This document shows, piece by piece, positions 60,714 to 64,000 of a DNA stretch of 64,000 bases. Position 1 is the first letter of the stretch, and every line of letters begins with the position of its first letter. Both the position numbers and the translations under genes were made by a program. Source of the stretch: Candidatus Latescibacterota bacterium. GTDB lineage: Bacteria; Latescibacterota; UBA2968; UBA8231. Under the pieces are notes generated by a model, which worked only from the letters and a program-made list of their open reading frames with translations, searched no databases and was not told the DNA's origin. The stretch covers positions 2,102,936 to 2,166,935 of the forward strand of contig CBDCNM010000002.1 of NCBI GenBank assembly GCA_965219385.1, in the 5' to 3' direction.

Positions 60714-61115
60714 TTAGCAAAGGGCGGTCTGGGGCGGTCTGCCCCAGGGGCGCTTCTGACCAGCGCCGACAGACCGATGCGATAGAGTTCGCCCAAGGCC
60801 GTACCGACTTGATCGGGGGGGGGGCCGGCTGTCCACTTGGTTGGCCAGCCGACGCAGGGTCTTGTAGCGCAGGGGCCCGGCGAACAGATCCTTTTCGTCG
60901 AGCACGGGCAAGGTGTGGAATTCCAGCCATGCGGGATGGACCAGCACCGAGGCCAGCGAATCGCCCATCCGCAGGCACACTACATCCCGGTGCATGAGAG
61001 CGGCCACTCAGGCCCCTGCCCGCCCAGCCAACAGCTCCCGCAGGTTGAGGACGCCGACCAGGGTCTGGCGCGCCCCACCACGTAGAAATCGATAACTACT
61101 TCAGGCTGCCCGTCG
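60714..61115 (-). pseudogene. CBS-domain (MgtE-like) gene remnant
   Basis: FYVVG / frameshift / TLVGVLNLRELL...*VAALMHRDVV...LPVLDEK. Confidence 0.6.
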
Positions 61116-61243
61116 GAAACTGTAAACCATGTTCCTGGACTATTCTGTCAATGATGTACCCGACCGCTCAAAGGAGCCTGTCTTCATTTAAGGGCGGCAC
61201 GGAACAAGGAGCACCGATTCATGCACCAACGCCCTATAATTCT

Positions 61244-61259
61244 ATCAAAAACCGTGCCA
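61244..61259 (-). promoter_or_regulatory. Imperfect sigma54 -24/-12 element
   Basis: TGGCACGGTTTTTGAT (GA instead of GC at -12). Confidence 0.4.
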
Positions 61260-61419
61260 GTGCCTCAGAGGCACCGCGGGAATCCAATCGGCCCCGTGCG
61301 GCGCTGCGCGCGCCACCGGGTCCGGCTGTGTGGTGGCGGGTGATCTGGAAGCACCATTTTGTCGCGGGCAACGACAAAACGACGTGCCCAGAGAGGAGGC
61401 AGGTGGTCGGATTTAGTGC

Positions 61420-62832
61420 TCAGGTTTTCTGTGGGGTGACGCCGTACTGTTTGAGTTTCCGCTGCAGCGTTCGCAAACTGATGCCCAGAATTTCGGCAGC
61501 CTGGGTGCGGTTGTCGCCGGTATGCGCGAGTGTACCCCAAATCATCTCCCTTTCAACTTCGTCCAGCGTCCGCGGCGCGAAGCCCGGCCCCTGAAATTCC
61601 GAATCGCCTGGAGGAGCGCTTCTATCACCACTTGGCAAAATGAACTCGATGTCTTTCTCGCCGATCTCCGCGTTGCTGTCTGCGGCATAGATCGCCAGAC
61701 GCTCGGCTGCGTTCTTCAGCTCTCTGACGTTCCCCGGCCAGTCGTATTCGGCCATACGGTCAAGACACCGATCCGCTATTTCGATGGGGGCGATCCCGTT
61801 CGCCTCCGCAAAACGCTCGGTGAAAATCCGTACAAGTAGAGGGATATCTGACTTCCGATCTCTGAGGGGCGGGACGGAAATTTGGATGACGTTGAGGCGA
61901 TAGTACAGGTCTTCACGGAATCGCCCCATCTTGATCGCCGTCGTCAGTTTCGCATTCGAGGCGGCGACGACGCGCACGTTGACATCGAGTGCTTGGGTGG
62001 CACCTAGGTGCCGGACTTTCTGTTCTTCTAGCAGGCGCAGCAGTTTTGTCTGCGCCTGCACCTCCATATCCCCGATTTCGTCGAGGAAGAGGGTCCCGTT
62101 ATGGGCTGCTTCAAAAAGTCCCTGCCGGGCCTGCGTGGCCCCGGTGAAGGAACCTTTCTCGTGTCCGAAGAACTGACTCTCGAACAGATTCATCGGCAGG
62201 GCCGCGCAGTTGACGGCAACGAACGGCCCATTGCTCACGGGGCTGAGCGAGTGAATGACACCCGCCACCAACTCTTTCCCAGTGCCGCTTTCGCCCGTGA
62301 TCAGGACTGTCGACTTGAACGGTGCCGCACGGCGGATCTGGTCGAACACCGCCTGTATCGAATTAGATGTCCCCAGCAATTCGCCGAATCCCGTCCTCTC
62401 CTCCACATGTTCGGCTGCGACAGGGTTAAGCATCCGCTTGCGCTCAAGCGCACGGTGTACGGCAGTCAGCAGGTCATTGGCATCAACCGGTTTCACCACG
62501 TAATCGACGGCACCTAGCCTCATGGCCCGAACTGCTTGCTTCACGGTCGTATACTCGGTGACGATGACTATCGGCGGCGGAGATGTCAGTGTGACCGCTG
62601 TGCGTAGCAACTGCATACCACCCGGCATCTTGATAGCTACGACGACCACATCCAGAGATTGCGTTTTGAGCAGCCGCTCGGCGACGGTGCCATCAGTAGC
62701 TTCGACAACCTCATAATAGCCACTGTCCCGTAGAATTTTGGCCATGATTGCCAGGTGTTTCGGTTCGTTATCGGCAACCAACACTCTGCCTTGCAAAGGT
62801 GCGTAAGCTAATAGGCTGGAAGATGCATTCAT
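61420..62832 (-). CDS. Sigma54-dependent enhancer-binding protein (NtrC/AtoC-like) with degenerate receiver domain
   Basis: REC + GESGTGKE, GSFTGA, FLDEIG, FREDLYYRLNV, WPGNVREL, Fis-type HTH. Confidence 0.93.
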   Translation of the reverse strand: MNASSSLLAYAPLQGRVLVADNEPKHLAIMAKILRDSGYYEVVEATDGTVAERLLKTQSLDVVVVAIKMPGGMQLLRTAVTLTSPPPIVIVTEYTTVKQAVRAMRLGAVDYVVKPVDANDLLTAVHRALERKRMLNPVAAEHVEERTGFGELLGTSNSIQAVFDQIRRAAPFKSTVLITGESGTGKELVAGVIHSLSPVSNGPFVAVNCAALPMNLFESQFFGHEKGSFTGATQARQGLFEAAHNGTLFLDEIGDMEVQAQTKLLRLLEEQKVRHLGATQALDVNVRVVAASNAKLTTAIKMGRFREDLYYRLNVIQISVPPLRDRKSDIPLLVRIFTERFAEANGIAPIEIADRCLDRMAEYDWPGNVRELKNAAERLAIYAADSNAEIGEKDIEFILPSGDRSAPPGDSEFQGPGFAPRTLDEVEREMIWGTLAHTGDNRTQAAEILGISLRTLQRKLKQYGVTPQKT

Positions 62833-62872
62833 CGGTTGTCGATTGCGTACCGCGAGCACCGTCAAAGTGAGT

Positions 62873-62932
62873 TGAAAGGGACGACAAAATGGGTTGAGAC
62901 AAAATGGGCTGAAAGGGACGACAAAATGTCGT
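62873..62932. promoter_or_regulatory. Candidate enhancer (UAS) cluster
   Basis: GACAAAATG x3; 19-bp direct repeat TGAAAGGGACGACAAAATG; palindrome ACGACA-AAA-TGTCGT at 62918-62932. Confidence 0.6.
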
Positions 62933-63051
62933 GATTGCTATTCCGATTGTCAAGATCCAGCCCCGGGGCCAATCGCCTATGCAATATCAACCCATTCTCT
63001 GACAGTGAGTTATAATAAATCGGCACCGAAGCTCGAGACAGCTTTAAAAAG

Positions 63052-63067
63052 CGGCACAGAATTTGCT
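63052..63067 (+). promoter_or_regulatory. Sigma54 -24/-12 promoter
   Basis: CGGCACAGAATTTGCT, GG-N10-GC. Confidence 0.7.
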
Positions 63068-63148
63068 CTGCTCTATTGACCTGACGGCGTGAAGAAGGTG
63101 CCGCTTCCTTTTCTCTTTGCGCCATTACTCAAATCGAGGAGCTTGACG

Positions 63149-64000
63149 ATGATGGTCAGTATAGAAAACGCGTTTCAATGGTGGGAGCAACATCTCTCAC
63201 CCTTTGTCGGCTTCATTGTGCCTTTCGTCACACTCGTGCTCGGATGGCTAGTGGCCCATCTGGTGTCCTTGGTCGTCCGTCGAGTCCTGCTCAGAACACG
63301 ACTGAACGACAAATTCCTCGGACTGATCATGGGCCGCGACGACGCCCCAAAAGTCCCTGTCGAACGCTGGATCAGCAGGATTGTGTTCTATCTGGTGATG
63401 CTTTTCGTGCTAGTCGGCTTCTTTCAGACGCTCGGCATGCCGGCACTGACCGAACCGCTCAACGAGATGCTGAACCAGATCTTCGTCTACTTGCCCAAGT
63501 TGTTGAGCGCCGCCGTTTTGCTTTTAGTTGCCTGGATCGCGGGTAGCCTGCTGCGGCGGGTCGTAACGGGAGTGCTTTCACGGGCCAATATCGAGCGACG
63601 TTTGGCTGAACCGGCCGGACTTGAGACCACGACAGAGAGTGTGCTGCCGCAGACAGTCGGCAACGTCGTGTACTGGCTCACTTTTCTCGTGCTGCTCCCG
63701 GCGGTCCTGGATGCCTTGGGATTGCAAGGATTGCTGCAGCCGGTACAGGAGATGCTGGCCAAAATCATCGGCTTCCTGCCCAACCTGTTCGCCGCCGCAC
63801 TCATCATGCTGATCGGCTGGCTTGGTGCGCGCATCGTACAGCACGTGGTCGCTAGTGTCCTCGACGCCACCGGGGTGAACAATTTCGGCCATCGCGTGGG
63901 ACTGGCTACTGGACTGGGCATCGAAAGTCTTTCGGGGCTTGCCGGTACTTTGTCTTATGCATTCATCTTGATCCTCGCGGCGATCGCCGCACTCGAATCG
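63149..64000 (+). CDS. TM-helix repeat membrane protein (mechanosensitive channel / CmpX-like), runs off the window; missing from the ORF track
   Basis: GAGGAG RBS; MMVSIENAF...YLPKLLSAAVLLLVAW...FLPNLFAAALIMLIGW, open to the end of the window. Confidence 0.82.
   Translation, partial: MMVSIENAFQWWEQHLSPFVGFIVPFVTLVLGWLVAHLVSLVVRRVLLRTRLNDKFLGLIMGRDDAPKVPVERWISRIVFYLVMLFVLVGFFQTLGMPALTEPLNEMLNQIFVYLPKLLSAAVLLLVAWIAGSLLRRVVTGVLSRANIERRLAEPAGLETTTESVLPQTVGNVVYWLTFLVLLPAVLDALGLQGLLQPVQEMLAKIIGFLPNLFAAALIMLIGWLGARIVQHVVASVLDATGVNNFGHRVGLATGLGIESLSGLAGTLSYAFILILAAIAALES

Noticed and set aside
61008..61010. In-frame UGA in the CBS remnant as selenocysteine
   Set aside because: Not at a conserved Cys position, and accompanied by a frameshift.

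Overview
High-GC bacterial chromosome segment. The gene repertoire suggests an uncultured Latescibacterota/Poribacteria-like heterotroph (inference only). It is dominated by catabolic enzymes: 5 PhyH-type Fe/2OG dioxygenases, Gfo/Idh/MocA, SDR and sugar-isomerase enzymes, a GH4 alpha-galactosidase, peptidases, and the PLP enzymes dgdA and alr. It also carries hrpA, a TonB-dependent receptor, mechanosensitive channels, tRNA-Ala(GGC) and tRNA-Sec(UCA). Mobile DNA comprises a complete IS701-like element, a complete frameshifted IS5 element, an ISKra4 remnant, an ORF-less group II intron and a family of MITE-like dispersed repeats. Best leads: (1) a decayed rhodanese gene, absent from the ORF track, with UGA at the catalytic Cys position, in a genome that encodes tRNA-Sec; (2) a PhyH paralogue with an HxG halogenase-like motif; (3) a translationally coupled Fe-ADH / PQQ-propeller / HemN-like radical SAM operon of unknown function; (4) an NtrC-type activator lacking its phospho-Asp, with candidate enhancer sites and sigma54 promoters; (5) a structured repeat that recurs just upstream of start codons. 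All calls come from motif recognition by eye; no database search was run.
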